The position numbers and the translations under genes are program-made. A stretch of 31,202 nt of DNA from a virus (lineage: Duplodnaviria; Heunggongvirae; Uroviricota; Caudoviricetes): IMG/VR virus record IMGVR_UViG_3300033067_000504, positions 1-31,202 of that record; one strand, given 5' to 3'. This document shows, piece after piece, positions 15,931 to 24,284 of this stretch; the first letter of the stretch is position 1, and every line of letters starts with the position of its first letter. The notes beneath the pieces are model-generated. The model did not search any database, was not told the DNA's origin, and saw only the letters and a list, made by a program, of their open reading frames with translations.

Positions 15931-16876
15931 TACTTGGGAAGACTATAATGATCCCAAGGAGGATCATTATCTATATGAAGAAGGTCATATTGAAATAACA
16001 AGTGAGGAGCAATTTGTTCCATTATTTGTAGCACTTAGGTCTTCTGACAATATTACTAGATTTTGTAAGGAGACTATAACAATGCCCACATTGGACTGTC
16101 TCAATACTTCTTTAGACGATTTTGGTATTAGGATACCAGTTAGGTTCTCTAAAATATCTAATCTCACAATAAATAAGTATGTTAATCAAGTTAAAAGTGG
16201 TGAAATAACCTTTGAGAACTATAAGCAAAAAGTTAGTGAACTGTTGGAAAAAGAAATAGTAGACAGGTATTGTTTTCCTCCACCAAAAAGCTACAGTCTT
16301 AGGGTTCGTAAAGATTTACAATTACCGCAAATAAACAATGCGGGAACGTTCAATAGGTTTCTTAGAAGATCTGGTGTTGGTACTACTGATAATGTTACAA
16401 GATTTATGGGAGACTTTACAGACTGTAGGACTGTACAGGTTACTGATTTTGGTTTTTATGGGGTTATGGTAGGAGGACATCACAGTGCATATGCAATGAA
16501 AGGTTATGAAAGTAATAGTTTCTACACTAATGTACAAACAAGCTCTTTTCTTAAAACTATATTTCCTAACATGTTAATTGTTGTAAAAGCAAAACATCTT
16601 GTAAATGTTAGATTAAGTGTTATACTAGAACAGCCTATGTCAGTACCATTAAGTGACATGAAAGTACTAACTAGGGTAGGAGCATCATCTAACGAACTTA
16701 CAAATCTTTTTTATAATCATGGAGTAAGGCACTTAATAGATAATGGTGTAAAGCATTATTATTTACCAGCTGAAGAAATCAATAAGTATTTATTTAACAC
16801 AGAAAACTACGGCATTAGTAAAGAGGAATATATGAAAAATGTATTGAATAATGCCCCAGCGTATGACGAATGGTAA
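15920..16876 (+). CDS. hypothetical protein
   Basis: 318 aa, GTG start overlapping the ThiF stop; no motif recognised. Confidence 0.7.
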   Translation: MARSTWEDYNDPKEDHYLYEEGHIEITSEEQFVPLFVALRSSDNITRFCKETITMPTLDCLNTSLDDFGIRIPVRFSKISNLTINKYVNQVKSGEITFENYKQKVSELLEKEIVDRYCFPPPKSYSLRVRKDLQLPQINNAGTFNRFLRRSGVGTTDNVTRFMGDFTDCRTVQVTDFGFYGVMVGGHHSAYAMKGYESNSFYTNVQTSSFLKTIFPNMLIVVKAKHLVNVRLSVILEQPMSVPLSDMKVLTRVGASSNELTNLFYNHGVRHLIDNGVKHYYLPAEEINKYLFNTENYGISKEEYMKNVLNNAPAYDEW

Positions 16877-17336
16877 AAGAAATAGATCGGCAGGTAATGG
16901 TTGGGAGAGGGAATTGGCGGAGTTGTTTAGAACTCTTGGATTTCCTTATGTAGTTACAACAAGAAGTGAATCAAGATCAAGAGACGCACAAAAGATTGAT
17001 TTAATGAATCGGGATGAAAGAGTGAATGGTAGGTTTCCTTACAATATTCAGGCAAAGAATACTACTAATCACTTAAAATATGGTAAAGTTATGGCTGAAA
17101 TGGCCACAACACCAGGTATCATTAATGTCATTCTACACAAACAAACAGAAAAAAGTGGAACAAGGTTTATATGTAAGGATAAGTTTGCTATTTTAAAAAT
17201 GGATGACTTTATAAACATTGTGAAAAGATTAAAGGGTTATGAAGAACTAATAAAAGGTACAACAGTTAATCTTGCTGAAGAGGAAGATGATGATGAGGAC
17301 GATGATGTGCCTGATATGGATAACTCATTCTTATGA
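16851..17336 (+). CDS. PD-(D/E)XK Holliday junction resolvase-like nuclease
   Basis: RSAGNGWERE, KIDL, NIQAK; acidic C-terminal tail. Confidence 0.8.
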   Translation: MPQRMTNGKRNRSAGNGWERELAELFRTLGFPYVVTTRSESRSRDAQKIDLMNRDERVNGRFPYNIQAKNTTNHLKYGKVMAEMATTPGIINVILHKQTEKSGTRFICKDKFAILKMDDFINIVKRLKGYEELIKGTTVNLAEEEDDDEDDDVPDMDNSFL

Positions 17337-18052
17337 CAGCTGAATTACTAGGAGAAGAGTGGTATAATGTTTTGAAGGAGGAGTTCGATAAGCAGTATTT
17401 TAAAGATCTTATGAGCACAGTAAGTGCTGAGTATGGGTCTTATAAGATACTTCCAAAACCCTTAGAGGTATTTAGTGCTTTTAAGTTAACTACTTTTACT
17501 AATGTGAAGGTAGTTATTATTGGACAAGATCCTTATCCTAATGATCATGCACATGGACTATCTTTTTCAAGCCAGAAAAAGGAAACACCACCATCTTTAA
17601 GAGTAATACTCAGAGAAATAGATAGAAGTATCTGGAAAACAACAACTAAAGAAGAGTATCTTCAGAAAGTAAGCTCTAATAATTTAACTTGTTGGGCTAA
17701 ACAAGGTGTTTTACTATTAAACTCTATTTTAACTGTACGGGCTGGTGTTCCAGGTTCTCACGATAATATTGGTTGGCAGAAGTTCACTAGTAAAGCTCTT
17801 GAAACTTTATGGAATGATGCTTCTCCTAAGGTATTTGTCTTGTGGGGACATTATGCTCAGCTAGTCTTTGATAGTATTCTTAAGATTGATGAAAGAAATC
17901 ATGTTGTATTAGTAGCAGGACACCCTGCAACTGCCGCACATGGTAATGATCTTTTCTCTGGTAATAATCACTTTTTGAAAATAAATAAATTTCTGGGTAA
18001 TATAGGTCAGGATCAAATAAACTGGGAAGTACATGAAAGTAGCAGTAATTGA
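17333..18052 (+). CDS. ung: family 1 uracil-DNA glycosylase
   Basis: VVIIGQDPYP, AHGLSFS, PPSL, WAKQGVLLLN, VFVLWG, HP motif. Confidence 0.93.
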   Translation: MTAELLGEEWYNVLKEEFDKQYFKDLMSTVSAEYGSYKILPKPLEVFSAFKLTTFTNVKVVIIGQDPYPNDHAHGLSFSSQKKETPPSLRVILREIDRSIWKTTTKEEYLQKVSSNNLTCWAKQGVLLLNSILTVRAGVPGSHDNIGWQKFTSKALETLWNDASPKVFVLWGHYAQLVFDSILKIDERNHVVLVAGHPATAAHGNDLFSGNNHFLKINKFLGNIGQDQINWEVHESSSN

Positions 18053-18797
18053 TCTGGATAGTGTTGCTTATTCTATAGGTAATGGTAATAAGGTTTTAAA
18101 TCCCGATGGAACCCCATTAAGAATAGATAACAAGTTTGTATATACAGATAAATCTGAGGAGGAACTAAGATCTTCTGCAGATTTCTATATGAAACAAATT
18201 ATGTTATCTGGTGGATTTACTCATTACATTGCTTATATAAAAGGTCAGGATACAACTAACAGACGGTTAGCTGTAAATCCAGACTATAAAGGAAATAGGT
18301 CAAATATACCCCCTACTTGGTGGGGTTTTGTGTGTAATGATCTATTTAACAGATGGAATGCTCATTATGTGAACAACATGGAGGTTGATGATATGGTTAA
18401 TATAACCAGATTAAAAACTCCTGATTCTCATATTGTAGCTATTGATAAGGATTTACTAAGTCTTGAAGGTAAACACTTTAACTGGAGAACTTGTCAATGG
18501 ATACAAAACACTAAGTTGGATGAGGATATAAAGTTCTGGACAGACATGATTGTTGGTCAAGTTGGAGATAACATCAAAGGCTTAAAAGGTAAAGGCCCAG
18601 CATATGTAAAGAAACTCTTTAGTAGTGAGTTTTTCGAGGTAGAATCCAGAACCTTTGCAGAAATAGTATTAAAAGTTTATATTGATAATTTGGGTGAATT
18701 TGAGGGTATATCACAATTTCACATGAATTACGTGTGTCTTAAAATTCTTGAGGATGCACAGGTTACTATTCCTCAGGTAACCCCTTTTACAGTATAA
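18033..18797 (+). CDS. 5'-3' exonuclease / flap endonuclease
   Basis: IDLDS, YKGNR, EVDD, IDKDL, GQVGDNIKG (H3TH) motifs. Confidence 0.9.
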   Translation: MKVAVIDLDSVAYSIGNGNKVLNPDGTPLRIDNKFVYTDKSEEELRSSADFYMKQIMLSGGFTHYIAYIKGQDTTNRRLAVNPDYKGNRSNIPPTWWGFVCNDLFNRWNAHYVNNMEVDDMVNITRLKTPDSHIVAIDKDLLSLEGKHFNWRTCQWIQNTKLDEDIKFWTDMIVGQVGDNIKGLKGKGPAYVKKLFSSEFFEVESRTFAEIVLKVYIDNLGEFEGISQFHMNYVCLKILEDAQVTIPQVTPFTV

Positions 18798-18880
18798 AGC
18801 AAATTTTATTGAAAGTAAGTTATTTTATTGAATATATTGTTAGAATTAATTATCTTGCACTTCTCAACAAACAGTAGTAA

Positions 18881-19414
18881 ATGGAAATTAAGAGAAGTAC
18901 AAATCTATGCAGTGCTTATCTCCTTCCACTTCTAGACCTTAACAAGTTTAGTTTTGGAGAGCCAAGCAACTTTATTAACAGCTATTTAAATGAGGATAAT
19001 TCTCTTCTTGTAGTTCAAGTCGTAAATTCTTGGCCTAGTGTAACCAATCACACCAATTTTAGATTTGATTTTACAAGGGATAATAACACATTTTACGTGT
19101 TTGAATTACCTGAAAAATATCAGGGGGTTGTGAAGACTTTCAGAGAGGGAAAGTACTCTAGATTTCCTGACGATGTTAAAGCTTTAATAAAGAAAAAGTC
19201 TGGTTTAAGTTGGAGAGTCCCTGTCAGTGGTGGTGGGGTGAAAACTGCTAAAGAACTATTAGCATTAGATAAGGATAAAGAACTAAAGGAACATTTAGAG
19301 AGAAGTTTGGCAGTTAAGTTGCCTAATGATGCTGAATTGATTAGTATTCCTAGCGAAGACAATTTTTTCAAGCTTAATCTAATGAAGTCCTCAGACCTGA
19401 CAATAATTCAATAA
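18881..19414 (+). CDS. hypothetical protein
   Basis: 177 aa ORF after an AT-rich intergenic gap. Confidence 0.75.
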   Translation: MEIKRSTNLCSAYLLPLLDLNKFSFGEPSNFINSYLNEDNSLLVVQVVNSWPSVTNHTNFRFDFTRDNNTFYVFELPEKYQGVVKTFREGKYSRFPDDVKALIKKKSGLSWRVPVSGGGVKTAKELLALDKDKELKEHLERSLAVKLPNDAELISIPSEDNFFKLNLMKSSDLTIIQ

Positions 19415-19422
19415 AATAACTT

Positions 19423-19767
19423 ATGAGTAAGATAGAAGAAGTGAAGCTAATTAATCCTATCACTGGTTTACCAGTTGATGAGATTATAACAGAAGACGAG
19501 GCAACAAAAAGAGGATATTTTGAGTATGAGTTTTTACTCAGGTATCTTGAAGACGACAATGAATTTATAAAGTACTTTGTTGTAGATGGTAAAAAGATAG
19601 TAGTTGATCTTAAAAAACCTTATTTACAATACAGGAAACCAACACAAATTAACCACGAGCGTGTTCACAATACAGAGCCTGAGATTATTGTGGTTGCAAG
19701 ACCTGTAGAATTAGCTGTGCAAGCTTGTTCTATTGATAATCCAGATTGTGAAAGCTGTGGTGCATAA
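19423..19767 (+). CDS. hypothetical protein with C-terminal CSIDNPDCESCG motif
   Basis: 114 aa acidic ORF ending ACSIDNPDCESCGA. Confidence 0.75.
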   Translation: MSKIEEVKLINPITGLPVDEIITEDEATKRGYFEYEFLLRYLEDDNEFIKYFVVDGKKIVVDLKKPYLQYRKPTQINHERVHNTEPEIIVVARPVELAVQACSIDNPDCESCGA

Positions 19768-19776
19768 CCACACAAA

Positions 19777-20298
19777 ATGAATTGGAGAAAGTATTATCAA
19801 GCCAGAAGCTATGCTTACTGGCTATCACCAAATGAATATTTGGATATAGTTCACAATGCTTGGCTAGCTTGGTATGATAAGAAGAAGACAGATTTGTTTG
19901 AAGAAGATTTTAGGCTTATTTCCAGGGTAGTGAAATTAAAGTTCTTAGCTAGTTTGCAACAGAACATGTTTCATTACCAAGGAAATAGGTATCCTAGACA
20001 ATTTAGATCTGTAAGTGCTGATGATTCACCAGCACTAGATGCTTACATAGGTTCTGATACCAGACTCCATAATACAGTTACTCCAGAAGTAATTTATATG
20101 GATAAGGAGCAGAATGAAGTCTATGATAAAATACTGTTTAAAGTAAGTAAAGAACTTACAAAAACACAAGCAAAAATTCTTAAGCTTATTAGAGAAGACT
20201 TAAGCCAAGTAGAGGTTAGTGGTGAGTTAAATCTAACTCCACAAGCCATTAATTATCATATGAAGGTTATTCTATCAAGAATTGAAAAGGTAAAATAG
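19777..20298 (+). CDS. ECF-like sigma factor / HTH regulator
   Basis: Region-2-like YLDIVHNAWLAW; C-terminal region-4/LuxR-like HTH LTKTQAKIL..LSQVEVSGELNLTPQAINYHM. Confidence 0.6.
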   Translation: MNWRKYYQARSYAYWLSPNEYLDIVHNAWLAWYDKKKTDLFEEDFRLISRVVKLKFLASLQQNMFHYQGNRYPRQFRSVSADDSPALDAYIGSDTRLHNTVTPEVIYMDKEQNEVYDKILFKVSKELTKTQAKILKLIREDLSQVEVSGELNLTPQAINYHMKVILSRIEKVK

Positions 20299-20370
20299 AC
20301 CCTTAGCTCAATTGGATAGAGCGACAGCCTTCTAAGCTGTAGGTTACCAGTTCGATCCTGGTAGGGTCTA
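20297..20370 (+). tRNA. tRNA-Arg (TCT)
   Basis: Acceptor AGACCCT/AGGGTCT, D stem GCTC/GAGC with A20, anticodon arm ACAGC-CTTCTAA-GCTGT, T arm ACCAG-TTCGATC-CTGGT; CCA not encoded. Confidence 0.95.
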
Positions 20371-20383
20371 CTTTATGTTTAAT

Positions 20384-20457
20384 TGACCCTTAGCTCAGAT
20401 GGTTAGAGCACTTGACTCATAATCAAGGGGTCACTGGATCGTTCCCAGTAGGGTCAA
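20384..20457 (+). tRNA. tRNA with CAT anticodon (Ile2 more likely than elongator Met; not initiator)
   Basis: TGACCCT/AGGGTCA, CTTGA-CTCATAA-TCAAG, T loop ATCGTTC. C4:G69 and C5:G68 as in Ile2; no C1:A72 mismatch and no GGG/CCC anticodon stem. Confidence 0.88.
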
Positions 20458-20785
20458 CATGGTTCTACGTAAGATCTTATCCATTCTCTTTTAACTTGTC
20501 GCTCCTGAGGGAACCGTAAAAACTAAAGAACTAAAGATCTACCTGCTCTGGGTAATGCTAGAGAAATTAATATAACAATAGTAATAAAATGTGTATGGCT
20601 AAAAGGGAGATGACTGACCAGGGCTCCTGGAGAGGTTCTCAGATTTTACCCCAGCACTACTAAAAACTTTTGTTGTTAAACGAAAAATACACTGTAGTAG
20701 GAATAGGAGATCAGAGTGTAGTAGTGTGTATAGACACTATGCTTACCTAGGTAAGACTGTAACTCCTTTATTTTAAATTGATAAA

Positions 20786-21022
20786 ATGCGAGTTAAATTA
20801 ATAAGATCAGTAGATGGTAAGTTTGGTACTTATCCATCTGATACTTGGTTAGATGCTTTTGAAGATGAAGGATTTATCTTTGTAGGTATGCCTGGGGTTC
20901 CTCAGATGAAAGGTAAAAGAGTGGCTAGAAGTAACATAAAAGAATATGACAAAACAAATAATAGCCAACAGGTTAATGTGCCTGAATTGCGGCCAAGTGA
21001 TACAGTCATACTACAGACATGA
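20786..21022 (+). CDS. hypothetical protein
   Basis: 78 aa ORF; last 77 nt overlap the next gene. Confidence 0.55.
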   Translation: MRVKLIRSVDGKFGTYPSDTWLDAFEDEGFIFVGMPGVPQMKGKRVARSNIKEYDKTNNSQQVNVPELRPSDTVILQT

Positions 21023-21356
21023 TTATGTAACTTGTAGTTGTGGAATGTGTAGTATTGATGGTGGTACTGAATACCTAAGTAGAGTATTAAAGAACGATTT
21101 TCTAGCTCTGGATTGTACTATTTACTCTGATTACCCTTATATAATTCTTAGAGATTATCTTTATAGGTTAGGTCATGGTAAACCTGGGGCTACAGATTAT
21201 GGTAAGTTTCGAGTTACTATATTTAGTAAGATGACAAATGCACATCTGGAAGCATCTTTAATTTATCCAACTGTTACAAAAGGAGCAAGACATTGGCAGT
21301 ACTTACTAGAAGAGAAATTATACAGGATAGAGAATGAAATCTTTATACCTGATTAG
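20946..21356 (+). CDS. phage zinc-binding protein
   Basis: CLNCGQVIQSYYRHDYVTCSCG..SIDGG.EYL, a common phage Zn-ribbon family. Confidence 0.8.
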   Translation: MTKQIIANRLMCLNCGQVIQSYYRHDYVTCSCGMCSIDGGTEYLSRVLKNDFLALDCTIYSDYPYIILRDYLYRLGHGKPGATDYGKFRVTIFSKMTNAHLEASLIYPTVTKGARHWQYLLEEKLYRIENEIFIPD

Positions 21357-21489
21357 AAATTAGTCCCTGGCCAGGAATCGTAGGCACGAGAGTCAGCACA
21401 AGGTAATGTAAATTACTTTTGTTGCCACTAAAGGTCTGGATCGTAAGCCAGCATAGTTACAGGATTCTAGCGGCAGAAAAAATCCTAAC

Positions 21490-21563
21490 GCCGTGGTAGC
21501 TCAGTTGATCAGAGCATCGGTTTTGTAAACCGAGGGTCGAGTGTTTGAATCACTCTCACGGCT
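21490..21563 (+). tRNA. tRNA-Thr (TGT)
   Basis: GCCGTGG/TCACGGC, GCTC/GAGC, TCGGT-TTTGTAA-ACCGA, GAGTG-TTTGAAT-CACTC. Confidence 0.92.
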
Positions 21564-21585
21564 CAATAAAACTAAACTAACTATT

Positions 21586-22908
21586 ATGAAATTCTTAGAA
21601 AAACTAGAGGGCAGTGAGAATTATACTGCAACCGTGGTTAGACTACCACCCAAACAAAAAGTTGAAGGTCTTGATAGACTAATGAAGGTAACAGTCTTTG
21701 GTAATGACGTACTAGTTGGTAAAGATAGTGATGAAAATTGCTTGTATCTATTCTTTCCTGCTGAATGTGTACTTTCTGAAGACTATTTGAGCAGGAACAA
21801 TGAGTATCGACATTCTGAAAAGAATATTGATCGTTCTAAAACAGGATTCTTTGAGGACTCTGGTAGAGTAAAAGCTATTAAATTTAAAGGAGTAATCTCA
21901 ACAGGTTATCTTGCTCCAATAACATCACTTCCTGCAGAGGTACATACCGTAGATGGTCTTGTAACCAAGTTACATGCTGGTGATGAGTTTAACGTTATTA
22001 ATGGTTATGCTCTTTGTAAAAAGTATAAACCAGCTAGAATGCAAGCTTCTGGTAATGCAGAATCAAGATTTAACAAGAAGTTGCGTAGATTTGATAAACT
22101 TGTAGCTAATCAATTCAGGTTCCACGTATCAACTCCTCCACTTGCTAAATGTATGAATCAAATTCATCCAGAAGACAGATTGGTAATTACCCATAAGTGG
22201 CATGGTACCTCAGCTGTATTCTCTAATGTACTTATTAAAAAGGAACTTAGCTGGAGAGGTAAATTAGCGCAATTTCTTGGTATTGATGTAGTAACTACAG
22301 CCTACGATAACTTGTATTCAAGTCGTTCCGTAATTAAGAATCAGTACATCAACAAAGAAGCTACTGCTGGTTATTACAATGAAGACATTTGGGGAATTGT
22401 AAACAATGAAATCAAAGATAAGATTGAACAAGGTATTAGCCTTTATGGTGAAATTGTTGGTTATCTTACTACTGGTAAGCATATACAGCATGGCTACGAT
22501 TATGGTTGTGGAGAAAATCAGCACAAATTTGTAGTTTATAGAGTTACTTATACTAAACCTGATGGTACAGTAATTGAGTACAACTGGGATCAGTTGAGAG
22601 CTTATTGTGCTAAGTATCAACTTGAGACAGTTAAGGAAATTCCTTTTGTTGGAGCTGATAAACTTGCAAAAGATGAGCATTGGCATGAAAACTTACTAGC
22701 TCAACTTCAGATGACTTATCTGGAGGAGGATTGTCCGTTTTGTCATAACAAAGTGCCAGCAGAGGGTATAGTGTTGAGAGTAGACAATCGTGATACCTTC
22801 ACAGCATTTAAGTTAAAGTCAAAACGTTTTCTTGAAAGAGAGACAAAGCAAATAGATGCTGGAACAGTAGATATTGAAGAGGAACAGTCAGTATCAGAAG
22901 TAGCATAA
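21586..22908 (+). CDS. ATP-dependent RNA ligase (Rnl2/DRB0094-like with N-terminal domain); start corrected from 21541
   Basis: Motif I HKWHGTS, III LYGEIVG, IIIa FVVYRV, IV EGIVLR, V AFKLKS. The track start at 21541 lies inside the tRNA. Confidence 0.88.
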   Translation: MKFLEKLEGSENYTATVVRLPPKQKVEGLDRLMKVTVFGNDVLVGKDSDENCLYLFFPAECVLSEDYLSRNNEYRHSEKNIDRSKTGFFEDSGRVKAIKFKGVISTGYLAPITSLPAEVHTVDGLVTKLHAGDEFNVINGYALCKKYKPARMQASGNAESRFNKKLRRFDKLVANQFRFHVSTPPLAKCMNQIHPEDRLVITHKWHGTSAVFSNVLIKKELSWRGKLAQFLGIDVVTTAYDNLYSSRSVIKNQYINKEATAGYYNEDIWGIVNNEIKDKIEQGISLYGEIVGYLTTGKHIQHGYDYGCGENQHKFVVYRVTYTKPDGTVIEYNWDQLRAYCAKYQLETVKEIPFVGADKLAKDEHWHENLLAQLQMTYLEEDCPFCHNKVPAEGIVLRVDNRDTFTAFKLKSKRFLERETKQIDAGTVDIEEEQSVSEVA

Positions 22909-22912
22909 AGAT

Positions 22913-23035
22913 AATAAGCCTGGGGATTGATGGAGAATATTTAACTAGACAGTTGCAAGCATCAATAGGTCACAGTACATGGTCTGTGGAGAAAGGGTTA
23001 AGTACTTGTAGAAGTCATGAAAGGGCTTATTTTTA
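22913..23035 (+). ncRNA. candidate multi-stem structured RNA / regulatory element
   Basis: Closing stem AATAAGCC/GGCTTATT, inner stems ATTGATG/CATCAAT, AACT/AGTT, CACAG/CTGTG, followed by a T-run. Confidence 0.5.
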
Positions 23036-23056
23036 ATTTTAAACTAACAAAAACAC

Positions 23057-23488
23057 ATGTCAAAATTTAAAAACGTAAAACCTGGAGAGTTCTTGTCAAG
23101 TACTATGTATATGCAAGTCCTTTCCAAAACTCAGAATGGTGTTAAGGTAAAAGATGCCTTAAATGGTAATGAGTTTGAAGTACGTGGTGCAAGTCTTATT
23201 GAACAAATGAGATCATCACAACAATTTGAGAAAGAGGAGAAAGTTAGCCGTACAGATTTGGCTAATAACTTGACCTCTGCTGGTGATGCTGTCTTTACTG
23301 TTGTTTTCGACAAGCAAGATGGTACTGAAAGAACATTGGTTGGTAAGCTGATTAATGCTGAAAATCAAATGGGAAGAAGTAATGTTGAGGATCTTGAGAT
23401 AGCTACTGGAAGTAGACTCAGACAAGTCGATCACAGAACACTCAAGTCTCTTATTCTTAATGGTGTTAAATATACCGTAAAGAAATGA
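23057..23488 (+). CDS. hypothetical protein
   Basis: 143 aa, strong codon bias, FTVVFDKQ...GRS.V.DLE..RQVDHRT pattern. Confidence 0.8.
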   Translation: MSKFKNVKPGEFLSSTMYMQVLSKTQNGVKVKDALNGNEFEVRGASLIEQMRSSQQFEKEEKVSRTDLANNLTSAGDAVFTVVFDKQDGTERTLVGKLINAENQMGRSNVEDLEIATGSRLRQVDHRTLKSLILNGVKYTVKK

Positions 23489-24231
23489 GTTACCACAACA
23501 TTCGTAATAGCAAGGGGCAGTTTGCTAAGAAGAAAGCTAAAACTGCAAAAACTAAGAAAGTAACCCCAGAACCTAAAAAGTTTATTGTTAATGCTTTCTT
23601 ACTTGATGATAGTGGAAGTATGCGAGGCAAAGAGATCGCTACAATCTCAGGTTTTAATGAGGTTTTAGATACCTCAAGAGTTGAAGCTAATAAGAACGGT
23701 ATTGTAGCCCTAGAGCTATTTAGTGTATTTTCTACTTACTATCGTAGTATTGGTAAAATAAATAGGTTGATAGTTGGTGATAGTAATACTCTAAATTTGT
23801 TGGTAGATAATAACTATGCTTATTCTGCAAATGGTGGATCTACTGCACTTTATGATGCTATTGCTCTTATGATAGCTGATATTGATAGGAATGTACGTAC
23901 CTTACCTATAAACTCTAAAGTTGTATTTACTATTTTTACAGATGGTGAAGAGAACTCTAGTAGAATTACTAATCTATCTAAAGTAAGACAACTTATTGAA
24001 AGTAAACAAAAAGATGGTTGGGTAATTAACTTTATTGGAGCTGGTGAGAAGTTTACCATTGAAAGAACAGCTCAGTCAATGGGTATCTTTGCTTCTAATG
24101 CCCTGAGTTATCAAAACAACTCGGTTGGAACAAGAGATGCATTTACTACTATGTCTAGTTCATTGTCTAACTACACTAAATCTGTAGCTGATAATACCTC
24201 CAGCAATATAGGTTTCTTTTCTAATAAATAA
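23485..24231 (+). CDS. von Willebrand factor A domain protein with basic N-terminal arm
   Basis: MIDAS DDSGSM, GSTALYDA, IFTDGEENSS. Confidence 0.9.
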   Translation: MSYHNIRNSKGQFAKKKAKTAKTKKVTPEPKKFIVNAFLLDDSGSMRGKEIATISGFNEVLDTSRVEANKNGIVALELFSVFSTYYRSIGKINRLIVGDSNTLNLLVDNNYAYSANGGSTALYDAIALMIADIDRNVRTLPINSKVVFTIFTDGEENSSRITNLSKVRQLIESKQKDGWVINFIGAGEKFTIERTAQSMGIFASNALSYQNNSVGTRDAFTTMSSSLSNYTKSVADNTSSNIGFFSNK

Positions 24232-24241
24232 CTAACTATTT

Positions 24242-24281
24242 ATAAGGGTAGATAGGTATTTCCTATTTACCCTTATTTTTT
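24242..24281 (+). terminator. intrinsic terminator
   Basis: 15-bp stem ATAAGGGTAGATAGG/CCTATTTACCCTTAT (one G:T), 5-nt loop, T-tract. Confidence 0.85.
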
Positions 24282-24284
24282 ACT

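Noticed and set aside
18798-18880. Bacteroidota sigma-A promoter (TTTTATTGAA x2, TATCTTGCA)
   Set aside because: The match to TAnnTTTG is imperfect in an AT-rich gap; plausible but not supportable.
20630-20670. preQ1-I riboswitch-like AGAGGTTCT
   Set aside because: The complementary CCTCT strand of P1 is missing and there are no queuosine genes nearby.
21430-21460. A fourth tRNA around CTGGATCGTAAGCCAG
   Set aside because: Only a T-arm-like hairpin; no acceptor, D or anticodon arm could be built.
21541-21585. ORF-track N-terminal extensions of the RNA ligase (21541), 7876 and 29381
   Set aside because: They overlap a tRNA or the upstream gene; better ATGs exist at 21586, 7909 and 29387.
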